DNA of 64,000 nt from Octopus sinensis (Eukaryota), in the NCBI RefSeq assembly GCF_006345805.1, contig NC_042999.1, positions 22,692,001-22,756,000 of the forward strand, in the 5' to 3' direction. This document shows positions 1-15,906 of this stretch, in pieces. How positions within the stretch are numbered: the first letter of the stretch is position 1; each line of letters opens with the position of its first letter. The position numbers were made by a program, and so were the translations under genes. The notes under the pieces were generated by a model. It was not told where the DNA came from and did no database searches. It saw nothing but the letters and a program-made list of their open reading frames with translations.

Positions 1-115
1 GAAATAGGTATTCTGTTCACATTCTGCTGAGGTCGACTTTGCGTTTCATATTTACGAGGTCGATAAATTAAGCACCAGTTAGGTACCAGAGTCGATGTAA
101 TCAACTATCCCCCGT
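1..115 (+). mobile_element. SINE-A (tRNA-derived SINE) partial copy
   Basis: Contains the SINE-A core GAGGTCGACTTTGC..TCAT...GGTCGATAAATTAAG.ACCAGTT seen in more than 20 copies in the window; followed by a short (TTA)n tract. Confidence 0.75.
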
Positions 116-141
116 CTATTATTATTATTATTATTACCATT

Positions 142-608
142 GACTGAGAGAGCAGTGCATGCCATCAAAATGACACTGGGGTAAAATATACGAGGCCCAG
201 TATACCCACATCTGATAAAGTAGGCACATGCATCACAATCATATGTGCCTGACATGGTGATCTCATATCACGATAACAATGCATGACTTTGCTGATGGGA
301 GCCCAGTTAGCATTTTCTTCAGGTCGAGTAGCTCATCCCGCTCAAAAGGCTCCTGAATAAGGGTTGTTTAAGGATGTTGAACGAAACACCCATGTTTCCA
401 GTGGTGAATTATCCAAACCCCAAAGAATCCCTCTCAACACATGGCAATGATGCTCCCCCACTACATCTGCTCGTGATCAGAGATGCACATATCGTCAGCC
501 ACTAAGGGACATGTTCAACATGTTATGGTCAAACAACTGACAAGCAAATCTGTGGTATTGAGCAGAATATTTGCTGTAACCCATCTTTCATACCAAGACA
601 AAACAATG

Positions 609-609
<1 letters not shown>
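142..609 (-). mobile_element. ~560 bp non-coding (TAA)n-embedded element (NE560), 5'-truncated copy
   Basis: Aligns with copies at 7993-8550, 8875-9409 and 38413-38971; flanked by (TTA)n on both sides; lacks the terminal ~70 bp ending CAGGGCATTT. Confidence 0.8.
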
Positions 610-683
<74 letters not shown>

Positions 684-692
684 GTTGTTGTT

Positions 693-949
693 GTTATCTT
701 GTTATCAGACAGGCATGCTATATCTATGATCCAGCATCGTTTACTTTCTCAATTAACACTATGTCTTGTTTCCTATCCTCTATCTCATGGTCGCACTGAA
801 CCACAAAATCCCATAGGATCTTTGCATTATCATTTTTGCTGATGCCTTCGGGTTTATGTTCGCACCACTCAGTCAAATCCATACTTGTTGCAAAGTGTCC
901 AATGGACAATATTTGCTTTATTGTCATGACGCCTCTTATATAGTTTCTG
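693..949 (-). pseudogene. R4/Dong-clade non-LTR retrotransposon RLE-domain fragment (family D)
   Basis: Minus-strand translation across frameshifts: KLYKRRHDNKANIVHWTLCNKYG / EWCEHKPEGISKNDNAKILWDFVVQCDHEIEDRKQDIVLIEK / IIDIACLSDNKI. Homologous to the RHD..HW..LWD..RPDI..ID motifs of the two long elements but a distinct sequence. Confidence 0.8.
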
Positions 950-973
950 TATTATTATTATTATTATTATTAT

Positions 974-1375
974 TCAGTAGTTTTATTTTTATTTTTATAG
1001 CGTGCTTTCACTTCACTACCGAGCGCAGCTCTGTGTGCCTTGGGTATGTGCTGTGATTTGTTGTGATGCTCTGATGGTTATTGTATGGAAAGTGTTCTGC
1101 GTAGGATGTGTGCAGTGTCTAGTAGTGCAATTTTCTGTATGTTATATGTGTTTGTAAGTCCTGGTGTTTTTGTTATGTATTTGTCTGAATATTTTTTTAT
1201 CATGCCTAATGCACCTACTATGATAGGAATTGTTTCTGTTTTCAGGTTCCACATTCTGGTTACCTCTATTTCCAGGTTTTTGTATTTTGAGAGTTTCTCC
1301 ATTTCTTTTAGAGACACGTTGTCATCTGCCGGTATTGATACATCAATTAGAAAGCATTTTTTTCTTCGTGATCTC
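974..1375 (-). mobile_element. R4/Dong family A, 5'-truncated 3'-end copy
   Basis: Near-identical to 9539-9945; ORF 1078..1317 ends ...KIALLDTAHILRRTLSIQ*; (TTA)n on both sides. Confidence 0.92.
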
Positions 1376-1393
1376 TTATTATTATTATTATCA

Positions 1394-1429
<36 letters not shown>

Positions 1430-1515
1430 TATTATTATTATTATTATTATTGTATTATTATTATATTATTATTATTATTATATTATTATTATTATTATTA
1501 TTGTTATTATTATTA

Positions 1516-1546
<31 letters not shown>

Positions 1547-1620
1547 CATTATTATTATTGTTTTTATTATTATTATTTTATTATTATATTATTATTAATA
1601 TTATTATTATTATTATTATT
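1376..1620. repeat. (TTA)n microsatellite
   Basis: Direct reading; imperfect triplet run. Confidence 0.95.
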
Positions 1621-1621
1621 A

Positions 1622-1995
1622 AGGCGGCGAGCGGACAGAATCGTTAGCACGCCGGTCGAAATGCTCAGCGGTATTTCGTCTGCTGTTACGTTCTGAGTTC
1701 AAATTCTGCCGAGGTCGACTTTGCCTTTCATCCTTTCGGGGTCGATTAAATAAGTACCAGTTACGCACTGGGGTCGATATAATCGACTTAATCCGTTTGT
1801 CTGTCCTTGTTTGTCCTACCCATGTGGGTAGTAAAGAAATAGGTATTTCGTTTGCTGCTACCTTCTGAGTTCAATCTCCGCCGATGTCGATATTGCCTTT
1901 CATCCTTTCGGGATCGACAAATTATGTACCAGTTGAACACTGGAATCGATGTAATCGATTATCCCGCTCCCCCAAAATTTCAGGCCTTGTGGCTT
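1622..1995 (+). mobile_element. SINE-A dimer (full copy plus head-truncated second copy)
   Basis: A-box-like GCGGACAGAATCGTTAG, B-box-like GAGTTCAAATTC, tail ...GTAAAGAAATAGGTATT joined to a second unit starting TTCGTTTGCTGC that ends AGTAGAAAGGATTA. Confidence 0.85.
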
Positions 1996-2019
1996 TAGTA
2001 GAAAGGATTACTATTATTA

Positions 2020-2082
2020 TCAATAGTAGTAGTAATAATAGTAGAAGTGGTGTTAGTGGTGTTGTTAGTAGTAGTAAATATG

Positions 2083-2136
<54 letters not shown>

Positions 2137-2360
2137 AAAGAAGAGGAAGAAGACAATGAATAATGAAGGCAAAATGCAAAGAAAACAAAACAGGAAGCTA
2201 AGAACAATGGAAAATGAGAAAAAAAGACAGAAGAAGAAGAACAACAACAACAACAATAACAGCAACAACAAGACGAAGAAGAAGAAGAAGAAGAAGAAGA
2301 AGAAGAAGAAGAAGAAGAGAAGAAGAAGTAGAAGAAGAAGAAGAAGAAGAAGAAGGAGAG
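2020..2360. repeat. Compound (TAG)n / (AAC)n / (AAG)n microsatellites
   Basis: Direct reading. Confidence 0.9.
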
Positions 2361-2645
2361 CAACTTCAACAATGGCGGCCGCAGTAGCAGCAGTCAATCA
2401 TCGACAAAAACTATTGTAAGATGAAAGATAAGAGAGAAGGGAGAGGTTTGAATAGAATGATGACTTTATTGAACATTCACAGAACATTGAGCATTTACAG
2501 AATCATTAACTCCGTATGGTGTCGACCTCCAAATCAAATGTTTACTGTATGTATGGTAATGTGCGCGAGTGCACACACGTACACGCACAAACTCACATAT
2601 ACATTAGTGCACACAGAGGCACACACATATCTATATGTATATAAG

Positions 2646-2677
<32 letters not shown>

Positions 2678-2925
2678 CATGCATACACACATATACATAT
2701 AGTATATGTATATATATATGTGTGAATGTGCGTGTGTATGTGTGCGTGTGTATATGTGTATGTGTATGCATATATGAATATACATATATGAATATATATA
2801 TATATATATACCTGTGAACAATGAGTGGGTGGACGTATATGACAATACCATATTGAAACGGAGATGAGACTAGAGCAGATGTCAAGAATTCATTATTTGA
2901 ATAATGGTGGTTCTCCGTTGATGAA

Positions 2926-2966
<41 letters not shown>

Positions 2967-3473
2967 TATTATTATTATTATTATTGAAAGAAAATAAGAA
3001 AGCGATTAAAAAAAAAAAGCTGTCAGAATGCAACACAGAAACCTCCAAATTTGGATACATACAAAGTACTTGAGTAATTCTTTTGTTATATTCTTGAATA
3101 ATAATGTATTCAAACTTTGGCACAAGGCCATAACAAAATATAAAATATCCGCCATTATATAATGCAGACTTTGCATCTGTTTATGATTGAAAGTAGAGAA
3201 ACTTGACGAAGTATTGTTAAACTAAACTTTTGCAAAACATTCAATTTCAAAATTAGCTGCGAAATCTTGTCTTTTTTATTTTTTTGTACTTTTTATTTCT
3301 TTTCAACAATAGTTTTTTTTTCCTTTTCATTCTTTTGTAATTCTAATTAGTTTAGATTTTAACGTCTGGTCCTCTAAAATTATATTCAGTGCCAAGTTTC
3401 AGGAGATCGAAAAAAATTTTTTTATTGGAAATGAGATAAGGGTAGAATGTCTACATTATTCTGAAATAAATTT

Positions 3474-3524
<51 letters not shown>

Positions 3525-3644
3525 ACACACACACACACATCCACACACACACATTTCTCTCTCTCACAAACACTTATTTCTCTGTTACACACACATTTCT
3601 CTCTCTCATACACACACTTGTCTCTCGCCTTCCCTCACACATAC

Positions 3645-3684
<40 letters not shown>

Positions 3685-3711
3685 TACACACACATGCATA
3701 TATATGGTATA

Positions 3712-3860
3712 CAATAAAGAAGACGAAGACGCGGTAAAAAGACATCAAACACGGTATATTTGGTTGTCGCCGAGGAAAACTCGAAGCCTTTAACGTTTCG
3801 AATATATGCTCATCTTCGGATAAGGATGGAAACTTGCACACGCACACCCAAACATACACA
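3712..3860 (-). mobile_element. Penelope-like pseudo-LTR remnant with degenerate minimal hammerhead motif
   Basis: Minus strand 3823->3788 reads CCGAAGA-T-GAGC-ATAT-ATTC-GAAAC-GTT-AAAG; the downstream part (GTCTTCGTCTT) resembles the remnants at 4274 and 63890; ends in AT/GT microsatellite. Confidence 0.5.
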
Positions 3861-4231
3861 CACGCACACACACATACATACGTATATATATATATATGGT
3901 AAATCCTATATACTGACAGTCGGGATTTGGCCAGGCCATGCAGTAGTCACCATTGATGAGCTTTAATTTTAAACGAAACTAAACTAGTATGGTGATCTTG
4001 TTCACTTTGGGGCGGTTATCTCCCTTGTCAGTGCTTAGGCATGTGCGGCTAAGGGTTTTAAGGGTTTTAAACTCTTATTTCTAGCAATGTAGATTCTACC
4101 TTGCACCGTCAGTCACAATTAGTAACAATTGAATTTTTCCTTTTTGGTTTTACATTGCCTATATTCGTCTTTGTTATATATATATGTCGCTCTCTCTCTA
4201 TCTGTCTGTCACCTGTTATGTATATATATAT

Positions 4232-4273
<42 letters not shown>

Positions 4274-4274
<1 letters not shown>

Positions 4275-4990
4275 TTGAAATTTAGAGAAAAATAAAAGAC
4301 GAAGACAGGTGTATGAACAACAAGCAGGTTTATTAGTTTGACGCTCGGGAAAGTGAGAAAGTCTTTTATGCTTCGAGCCTACGCTCTTCAACAGAAAGGC
4401 TTAAGAGAAAATAAAGAGAGAATAAAAAAAAAACTTGTGGAGTTAGCGATCAGGTGTGGCGGCTGGTTGGGAAAAATGTTTTGACAGGAGAGGTAGAAAG
4501 AAGGGAAGATAATAAAGTATTGGTGATTCTAAAACGAATGTGCGCGTGCCTGTGTGTGAGAATGTGTGTGTGTTTGTGTGGACAGAGGCTAGTGACTTTT
4601 ACGTGTGGATGTGTGCGTGTGTAAGTGTGTACGTCTGAAATGTGTGCGTGTGTGGACGATGGTGTGTGGGCGTACAGATGATGGTGTAGGTGCTGCGAAG
4701 TAGTCAGTGCTAGTGCGTGTGCAGTGGTTTGGTGTGGTGTGATGTGGTGTGGCGGTGTGGGTATATGTGTGGGATATGGCTGAGGATGTGAGGTGGGGTG
4801 AGTGGGGTTGGAGGTGCTTTGGGGGAGTAGGGGTAGGAGTAGAGGTATGTGGGAGTGGGATGTATGGGGGTATGGTGTGGATGGATGGAGTATCAAGGAA
4901 GAGAGAAGGTGGGTAAGAGTAAAGAGAGAAAGTAGGTGTCAGATTAAGAAAGTAGAGGAGGGGTGTCAGATGTGCCTTATAATTTATATT
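4274..4990 (-). mobile_element. Penelope-like element 3' region / pseudo-LTR with degenerate hammerhead
   Basis: Minus strand 4397->4362: CTTT-CTGTTGA-A-GAGC-GTAG-GCTC-GAAGC-AT-AAAAG, then CCCGAGCGTCAAACTAATAAACCTGCTTGTTGTTC, shared with 58816-58895 and 63890-64000. 3' end abuts (AG)n/(AT)n. Upstream extent uncertain. Confidence 0.55.
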
Positions 4991-5066
4991 TGCTAGTGCT
5001 CAATACCTTTAATTTTTCATTAATTCCATTATAATATTAATAATAAATATTATTTCCTAGTCTGTA

Positions 5067-5447
5067 GGAGCACTCCGTCGGTTGCGACGATGAGGGTCCC
5101 AGCTGATACGATCAACGGAACAGCCTGCTCATGATATTAACGTGCAAGTGGCTGAGCACTCCACAGACACGTGTACCCTTAACGTAGTTCTCGAGGAGAT
5201 TCAGCGTGACACAGAGTGTGACAAGGCTGGCCCCTTTGAAATACAGGTACAACAGAAACAGGAAGAAAGAGCGAGAGAAAGTTGTGGTGAAAGAGTACAG
5301 CAGGGTTCACCACCATCCCCTGCTGGAGCCTCGAGGAGCTTTTAGATGTTTTCGCTCAATAAACACTCACAATGCCCGGTCTGGGAATCGAAACCGCGAT
5401 CCTCCGACCGCGAGTCCGCTGCCCTAACCACTGGGCTATTGCGCCTT
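5067..5447 (-). mobile_element. SINE-C (tRNA-derived SINE) with target-site duplication
   Basis: Head CCCAGTGGTTAGGGCAGCGGACTCGCGGTCGGAGGATCGCGGTTTCGATTCC (A/B boxes); TSD TTCCTAGTCT at 5054-5063 and 5455-5464. Confidence 0.88.
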
Positions 5448-5529
5448 CCTAGACTTCCTAGTCTAAGAAGCGTAAAATAGCAAAAAAGCATATACAGGAG
5501 TATTTGAACTTAAAACAGGTTGTGATTGG

Positions 5530-6348
5530 TGCAATGGAGAGATACGACGACTCATAGCTTTCTGTTTTGTAATCTGGCCTGTGATTGGTGCTTTGACCGA
5601 TGCTCAGATCCGCAGCATCTTCCCTCGTCTGTCTCTCTCGCGGCCATTTCGTTTCAAGCTTTCTCGCCGAGTGGTTTACTCTACTACTTTACTCTGTGCT
5701 GTGTGTGATTTGTTTTGTTTCTTTGCGTTGAACTTTGCGTTTTCATCCCCTGCAATGGCTCCCAAGCGTGCTGCTTCTTCCAAGGCTGGTACTGAGCCTA
5801 AACACAGTGCACAAATGCGGCAGTACACAATTGCTATGTGCCTCCAAAATATCCAGAAGGCAATGCAAAAAATGAAGCCTGCCACCATTAACGCGACCTG
5901 GAAAAAATTGTGGCCCGAGGTTATTCACGACGACAAAGGATTTACACCTGCCGAAATCCAACACTCCGCAGTACAGAAGCCTCGCAAAAAAAGAGGCAGT
6001 TCCTGCTGCTACTACTACGGTTGCACCTTCTGAAGAAGTGGAGGATGTGTCCCAGGAAAGGGCATCACCATCAGCTTCATCATCATCATTTCTACTGCGC
6101 AGCAAATTCATTACCATCATAATTCAAATTTTACTTTTTTTTAAAAATCTAAAGTGCTATTGCTTAACAGTTGTCCTTGTTATTAATATACTACTGTAAT
6201 GGGTGGGTTGTTAACAGTACAGGGAGGGTTTAAAAGTTCAAATACACGTTAAATAAATACTTTAAATATGGTGTCCCTACTTCGCGGAAATTCAGTTATC
6301 GCGGCCGGTTCTCGGAACCAATCTACCGCGATAAACGAGGGATCACTG
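5530..6348 (+). mobile_element. Tigger/pogo-type DNA transposon, internally deleted
   Basis: Translation MAPKRAASSKAGTEPK fused to RQYTIAMCLQNIQKAMQKMKPATINATWKKLWPEVIHDDKGF (Tigger DDE C-terminal-like). Right TIR ...CCGCGATAAACGAGGGATCACTG followed by TA. Left TIR not found. Confidence 0.75.
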
Positions 6349-6617
6349 TAAATATATACACAAAATATATATGAGGGAGTAGGAATACTAATACACACAC
6401 ACACGCACCTACACATACACACATATGTTTAACACAGACATAGAGCAGTGTTTTGATTGCTAATTCAGTCTTATCAGCGAAAAAATATTTGTACATACAC
6501 CAGGTTTCTTAAGAAACACATCTTTAGGACAGTTTTACAATGTGCTGTCATGGGTGTATAATGGTGAGTTGAGGTAAGCAAAAATAAATAACAATATCTT
6601 ACAGTTGTTTCTGGGGT

Positions 6618-6920
6618 ATCCCAGGTAATGAATCAAAATGCAGGCCACATTTCCATACACCGGGTATTCCATATGTTTTCTATGTACCCCCTAATCTCTA
6701 TAACTATATTCCCGTGTAAATTTCAATGTACATCATCAAGAATGCATATTTCTAATTGACATGTTCAATCCCAGGTAATGGATCAATGTGCTGGTCCACA
6801 TTTCCATACACCGGGTATTCCGTCTTTGTTTTCTATGTACCCACTAATCTCTATAACTATATTCCCGTGTAAATTTCAATGTACATCATCAAGAATGCAT
6901 ATTTCTAATTGACATGTTCA
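6618..6920. repeat. 150 bp direct tandem duplication
   Basis: ATCCCAGGTAATG...GACATGTTCA at 6618-6767 and 6768-6920; 3' halves nearly identical. Confidence 0.9.
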
Positions 6921-7260
6921 AGCACCGAATATCGAGACCTAAGACTAGATTGCTGAGTATAAGACTTTTGTAAAACTATTCATTTCTTGTGCGTCGTTAT
7001 ATTAAGTCATGATTGAATATATATTAGTTTCTGTCTAGAATTTTCTTCAATAAAGATTGATTCTGCTTTTTTCCTTTGTTTAATTTTTTATGTTATTATT
7101 TCCAATTTCTTTTTTCTAGATACAGCCTCCCCTGAGTATATCTCTAAACATAGTTTGGGAACTTTGACAGATTTGTTAGACGACATTAAATGCACAGATA
7201 TTTTATAATGCATATATTTCTATGGTGTATACATATGTAAACTTATATCGATCAACCAAC

Positions 7261-7323
<63 letters not shown>

Positions 7324-7498
7324 CATTTTTTTTTCTTCTTTCAAATTTGCTTCCATTTCTTGCCGAGTGTCTTCCCGACTCCTAGGGCAAAGAAACTCAT
7401 AGTAGTTGGTAGGCCATTAAACTAAACTCAATAGTTCGTTCATTTTTTTTAAAGTTAAATTAAAATACATGGGTAGTAATAGTTCTCACATCGACAAT
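7324..7498 (-). mobile_element. R4/Dong family B, short 3'-end copy
   Basis: Matches 12721-12900; (TTA)n on both sides. Confidence 0.9.
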
Positions 7499-7509
7499 AG
7501 TAATTATTA

Positions 7510-7617
<108 letters not shown>

Positions 7618-7689
7618 TTCTTCTTCTTCTTCTTCTTCTTCTTCTTATTATTATTATTATTGTTTTTGTTGTTGTTGTTGCTACTATGT

Positions 7690-7905
7690 AAGGCGGCTAG
7701 TTGGCAGAATCGTTATGGCGACGAGCAAAATGCTTAGCGGCATTTCGACCCTCTTTAACTTCTGAGTTCAAATTCTGCTGAGGTCGACTTTGCATTCATC
7801 CTTTCGGGGGTCGATAAAATAAGTACCAGCTGAGCACTGGGTCGATGTAATCGATTTACTCCCTCCCCCCAAATTGCTGGCCTTATGCCAAAATTTGAAA
7901 TCATC
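7690..7905 (+). mobile_element. SINE-A
   Basis: GGCGGCTAGTTGGCAGAATCGTTA...GAGTTCAAATTC...; tail CCAAAATTTGAAATC followed by (TTA)n. Confidence 0.85.
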
Positions 7906-7915
7906 ACCATTATTA

Positions 7916-7976
<61 letters not shown>

Positions 7977-7992
7977 TATTATTATTATTATT

Positions 7993-8550
7993 GAGTGAGA
8001 GAGTAGTTCATGCCATCAAAGTGACACTGGGGTAAAATATACGAAACCCAATATACCCATCATGACTACCCGTCTGATAAAGGTACACCAGGCACATGCA
8101 TCACAACCATATGTGCGCGACATGGTGATCTCATATCAAGATAAACAGCACATGACCTTGCAGGTGGGGCCCAGTTAGAATTTTCTTCAGGTTGAGTAGC
8201 CCATCCCGCTCAAACGGTCCCTGAATAAGAGTTGTTTAAGGATGTTGAAAGAACCACCCATGTTTCCAGAGGTGAACTATTCAAACCCCAAAGAATCCCT
8301 CTCAACACATGGCTATGATGCTCCCCCACTACTTCTGCTCGTGATCAGAGATGCACATATCGTCAGCCACTAAGGGACATGCTCAACTGGTTAAGGTCAA
8401 ACAACTGACAAGCAAATCTGTGGTATTGAGCAGAATATTTGCTGTAGCCCATCTTTTATACCAAGACAAAACAATGTACATGATAACACTTCCAATCAGT
8501 TAAGATCAGAAGCCATGAGAGCCACTGCCTGGTACTGCATCAGGGCATTT
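7993..8550 (-). mobile_element. NE560 full-length copy
   Basis: Plus-strand ends GAGTGAGAGAG... and ...GCATCAGGGCATTT, both abutting (TTA)n. Confidence 0.85.
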
Positions 8551-8582
8551 ATTATTATATTATTATTATATTATTATTATTA

Positions 8583-8636
<54 letters not shown>

Positions 8637-8638
<2 letters not shown>

Positions 8639-8838
8639 GTTTGACTTTTGCTTTTCATTTGTACAAGTTGGCTCCAAGTCTCACCCAGAGACCTCAAGAA
8701 ACAAGTTGGAAGTTTATGTTGGTGTTATGCCTAGGGTGCCATATATTTGGTTTTGTACATAGTGTTGTTCTAGAGAATGTTTAAGAAACCATAAGAAAGT
8801 TATGTGCATGTTTTAAAACGTGAGATTACAGAGAAAGT
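8637..8838 (-). mobile_element. Probable R4/Dong family C 3' end (last codons plus 3'UTR)
   Basis: Minus strand starts ...CTT TCT CTG TAA (LSL*, like ALSM*/TLSIQ* of families B/A), contains the stem motif GAGGTCTCTGGGTGAGACTTGG and ends directly in (TAA)n. Family assignment is by analogy. Confidence 0.55.
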
Positions 8839-8874
8839 ATTATTATTATTATTATTATAATTATTATTATTATT

Positions 8875-12721
<3,847 letters not shown>

Positions 12722-12889
12722 TTTTTTTTTCTTCTTTCAAATTTGCTTCCATTTCTTGCCGAGTGTCTTCCCGACTCCTAGGGCAAAGAAACTCATAGTA
12801 TACATTGGTAGGCCATTAAACCAAACTCAATAGTTCGTTCATTTTTTTTTTTTTTAAGTTAAATTAAAATACATGAGCAGCAACAGTTC

Positions 12890-13438
12890 TCACATCGACA
12901 ATGCTCTTCTCAATACGTGTGATGTACCAGTTAAGACAATCTTTTGCACTTCTTGCAGGGATGGTAAGCCAGGGATCATTCTCATATAATTTTCGGTTCC
13001 CTTCTTGATCATTCCTAGTGCTCCTACGATCACTGGTATTGTAACCGCCTTGAGATGCCACATTTTCTCAATTTCAATGAGTAGGTCTTTATATTTTCTG
13101 AGCTTGTCAAACTCTTTCGCTGAGATATTATGATCACAGGGGATGCTCATGTCGATCAATAAGCAAACTTTATTGTTTTGGTCTTTCACAACAATATCTG
13201 GTTTATTGGCCTTGATGGTTCGGTCTGTATGTACTGGAAAGTCCCACAGAATGGTTACATTTTCTCCTTCAGTTACAGCCTCAGGGTGGTGATTATACCA
13301 CTTGTCGGCAGTTTTGATATTGTAATGCCGACTTATTAGCCAGTGTAGATATTGGCCAACTCTGTCATGTCTTAATTTATACTCCACTGGAGCTAAGACT
13401 TTACATCCAGAGATTAGGTGGTCCACTGTTTCAATCAT
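12890..13438 (-). CDS. RLE endonuclease C-terminal part of family B ORF
   Basis: ETVDHLISGC, RHDRVG, LWDF, KPDIVV, IDMSIP, KYKDL, LRRALSM*. Confidence 0.93.
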   Translation of the reverse strand: MIETVDHLISGCKVLAPVEYKLRHDRVGQYLHWLISRHYNIKTADKWYNHHPEAVTEGENVTILWDFPVHTDRTIKANKPDIVVKDQNNKVCLLIDMSIPCDHNISAKEFDKLRKYKDLLIEIEKMWHLKAVTIPVIVGALGMIKKGTENYMRMIPGLPSLQEVQKIVLTGTSHVLRRALSM

Positions 13439-15680
13439 GTCGTTGCAGAATCGGCTTTTGGGTCTGCTCCATTTTCATCACATTGGCCTGGTAGTTCCGG
13501 GTTAATAGGCTTTGATCTTGAGCAGCCAGGATGAAACCTTCGCTCTCTGCTTTTAGCCCTGAGCTCCGTAGCCACTGATGGGTTTGCTTCTGGTCAACAT
13601 CAGCTTGTTTGCTGCGGGTCACATATTTGCCGTGCAGAGGTTTCTCCTCCCGCCTATCAGCCAATTGCTCGTGCGCTTTTTTCGTTGCCATTATTTTCAC
13701 CTTCTTTGCAACAATAATTGCCGTACTTCCTTCGGGTTGTTCTGTTTGGGTATCCTGCGCGAGATCAATAGCAAATTTTTTGCTTTCCTTTATAATAGAA
13801 TGAAGCTTCTTTCGTCTCTCGTGATTTTCCACGAGCTTTAGCATCCAGTCATTCGATATTTCGAGATATTTGGCCAGTCCAATTGTGGTTGTTTTGTAAG
13901 CTAGTTCAAATTGGATCAGGCCTCGACCTCCTTGGGCTCTGGGAAGGTAAAGGCGATCTACGTCTGCCTTTGGGTGGTGCATCCTATTACAACTCAGCAG
14001 CTTGCGTATTTTCCTATCTATATTCTTTACTTCACTCATATTCCAGTTCAACACATTGTAGCTATAAGTAACAACTGGAACTGCTAAGGAATTTATAGCT
14101 AACACCTTGTTACGTGCATTTAGTTCAGATTTCAGGACTGCACGAACTCTCCTATAGCATTCCTTCCTGATCTTCTCTTTCATGCTTGCATGCTGAATAC
14201 CAGAGCCTTCATTTATCCCTAAATATTTGTATGTTTGTTCTTGCTCAAGCTCTCTTATGACTGTGTCAACATCTAACACGACTGAATTTGTGGTCTTCAC
14301 TTTCCCTTTCTGGAAAGTGGCCTTGGCACACTTCTCAAGTCCAAACTCCATCCCGATGTCATCGCTGAATGCTTTCACAGTGCACAATAGGCTTTCAAGT
14401 TCATTATTGTCTTTACCATAATGTTTTAAGTCATCCATATAAAATAGATGGCTTATTTTTTTATTGGCAATTTTATACCCATACCCTGTTCTGTTTAATT
14501 CACTTGTAAGGGGTATTAGGGCTATGCAGAATATTAAAGGTGAAAGTGAGTCACCTTGAAAAATTCCACAGTTGATGTTTATATTTTCTGAGGCAAGTAC
14601 TCCATTAGAGTGGTATAATTGGAGATTCGTATTCCACAACGACATATTGTGCTTCAGGAAGTTTGAAATCACAGGGGAAATTTTGAAGATGTCCAGCGAT
14701 CTCAAGATCCATGGATGCGGTATACTGTCGAAGGCCTTTTTATAGTCAATCCATGCGGTGCTGAGATTTCTGCGCTTGTTGTGACAGTTCTCAAGGATCA
14801 TACGATTGATTAGCAGTTGATCTTTGCATCCGTAAGAGCCTCGGCGGCACCCTTTTTGTTCAATGGGGAAAATATCGTTCTTCTCCATGAATACATATGT
14901 TTTCTCCGCCAGGATAGATGTTAGGATTTTATACGTGGTGGATAGACAGGTTATAGGCCGATAGTTTTTTGGAAGGTTGGTTTCGTTATTCTTTGGGAGT
15001 AGGTAAGTAATGCCACTTGCTAACCATTCAGGTGTTTTCTTTGGGTCTCTCATAATTCCATTGAGCAGCTGAACTAGCTTACCGTGTGCGCATGGGAGCG
15101 ATGCGAGCCAGAAATTCGGCACCCTATCTTTACCGGGGGATTTCCAATTATGGGCCTTCGTGAGTGCCTTTCTTAGGTCTGTTATTGTGATGTCTTCCCA
15201 TGCTTGTTGTTGTAAATTTTGGTTGGATCCTTCAGTTTGTATAATCCAGTCTGCATTTATGTTGTACGTCTTCTTGTCACTCCAAATCCTTTTCCAAAAG
15301 TTTTGAACTTCTTCCATGGGAGGGGGGTCTTTAACGGTTACTTTCTCCTTCCCTATTTCTCTGTAGAATTTTTTGGCATTGGATGTGAACAGCTTATTTT
15401 GCTTGTAAAACTTGTTTCTCTTCTCAAATCTTCGTATTCTTTGGGCTTTTGCTTGGACTTTTTGTTTCAGCGTTTCTTTTATTGATATCAGTTCTTCTCT
15501 TGGTGAGGATCCAAATTTTCTCTTCATCTTTCTTCCTGTTCTGGATCCTACATCATTTCCACATATTAGTTCATTTAATATTGATATTTCCCCTCTCATA
15601 AATTCAATCTCTTTTTCAATTTTACTTCTCCAGGTTTGATTTCTTCCCAGGTTTGGTTTTCTTTGTTTTTTCGGGGGCAT
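13431..15680 (-). CDS. Reverse transcriptase ORF of family B
   Basis: KSPGKDRV, YRPITCL, WIDYKKAFDS, IFQGDSLSP, YMDDLKH, YKYLG; frame broken by a 1-nt deletion near 13455 relative to the copy at 36158..37516. Confidence 0.93.
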   Translation of the reverse strand: MPPKKQRKPNLGRNQTWRSKIEKEIEFMRGEISILNELICGNDVGSRTGRKMKRKFGSSPREELISIKETLKQKVQAKAQRIRRFEKRNKFYKQNKLFTSNAKKFYREIGKEKVTVKDPPPMEEVQNFWKRIWSDKKTYNINADWIIQTEGSNQNLQQQAWEDITITDLRKALTKAHNWKSPGKDRVPNFWLASLPCAHGKLVQLLNGIMRDPKKTPEWLASGITYLLPKNNETNLPKNYRPITCLSTTYKILTSILAEKTYVFMEKNDIFPIEQKGCRRGSYGCKDQLLINRMILENCHNKRRNLSTAWIDYKKAFDSIPHPWILRSLDIFKISPVISNFLKHNMSLWNTNLQLYHSNGVLASENININCGIFQGDSLSPLIFCIALIPLTSELNRTGYGYKIANKKISHLFYMDDLKHYGKDNNELESLLCTVKAFSDDIGMEFGLEKCAKATFQKGKVKTTNSVVLDVDTVIRELEQEQTYKYLGINEGSGIQHASMKEKIRKECYRRVRAVLKSELNARNKVLAINSLAVPVVTYSYNVLNWNMSEVKNIDRKIRKLLSCNRMHHPKADVDRLYLPRAQGGRGLIQFELAYKTTTIGLAKYLEISNDWMLKLVENHERRKKLHSIIKESKKFAIDLAQDTQTEQPEGSTAIIVAKKVKIMATKKAHEQLADRREEKPLHGKYVTRSKQADVDQKQTHQWLRSSGLKAESEGFILAAQDQSLLTRNYQANVMKMEQTQKPILQRHD

Positions 15681-15841
15681 ACAGCTGGTTTCAATTGCCC
15701 TAGCAGAAGCGTAAATAATTTCATTTAACTCAGTAAAATCAGGTTTTAATTCTCGTATTATTTCATTTGTTACATAGTTGCCAATTTGGATTTGTTTTTT
15801 ACTTTGGTTTGTATTTGAGAGTTTATGAAGTATTATTATTA

Positions 15842-15902
<61 letters not shown>

Positions 15903-15906
<4 letters not shown>

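Larger units (their letters stand above)
12721..15831 (-). mobile_element. R4/Dong-clade non-LTR retrotransposon family B, ~3.1 kb, in (TAA)n
   Basis: RT plus RLE; 3' end ...GAAAGAAGAAAAAAAAAG then (TAA)n; 5' end abuts (TAA)n. Confidence 0.95.

Noticed and set aside
5395-5447. tRNA gene calls for SINE heads (also 27271, 63253 and SINE-A heads)
   Set aside because: tRNA-related A/B boxes continue into SINE bodies; no complete cloverleaf or acceptor stem.
8480-8550. NE560 terminus as an HDV ribozyme, hammerhead or 5S/snRNA derivative
   Set aside because: I could not build P1-P3 or a CUGAnGA core; the resemblance to 5S rRNA is too short to support.
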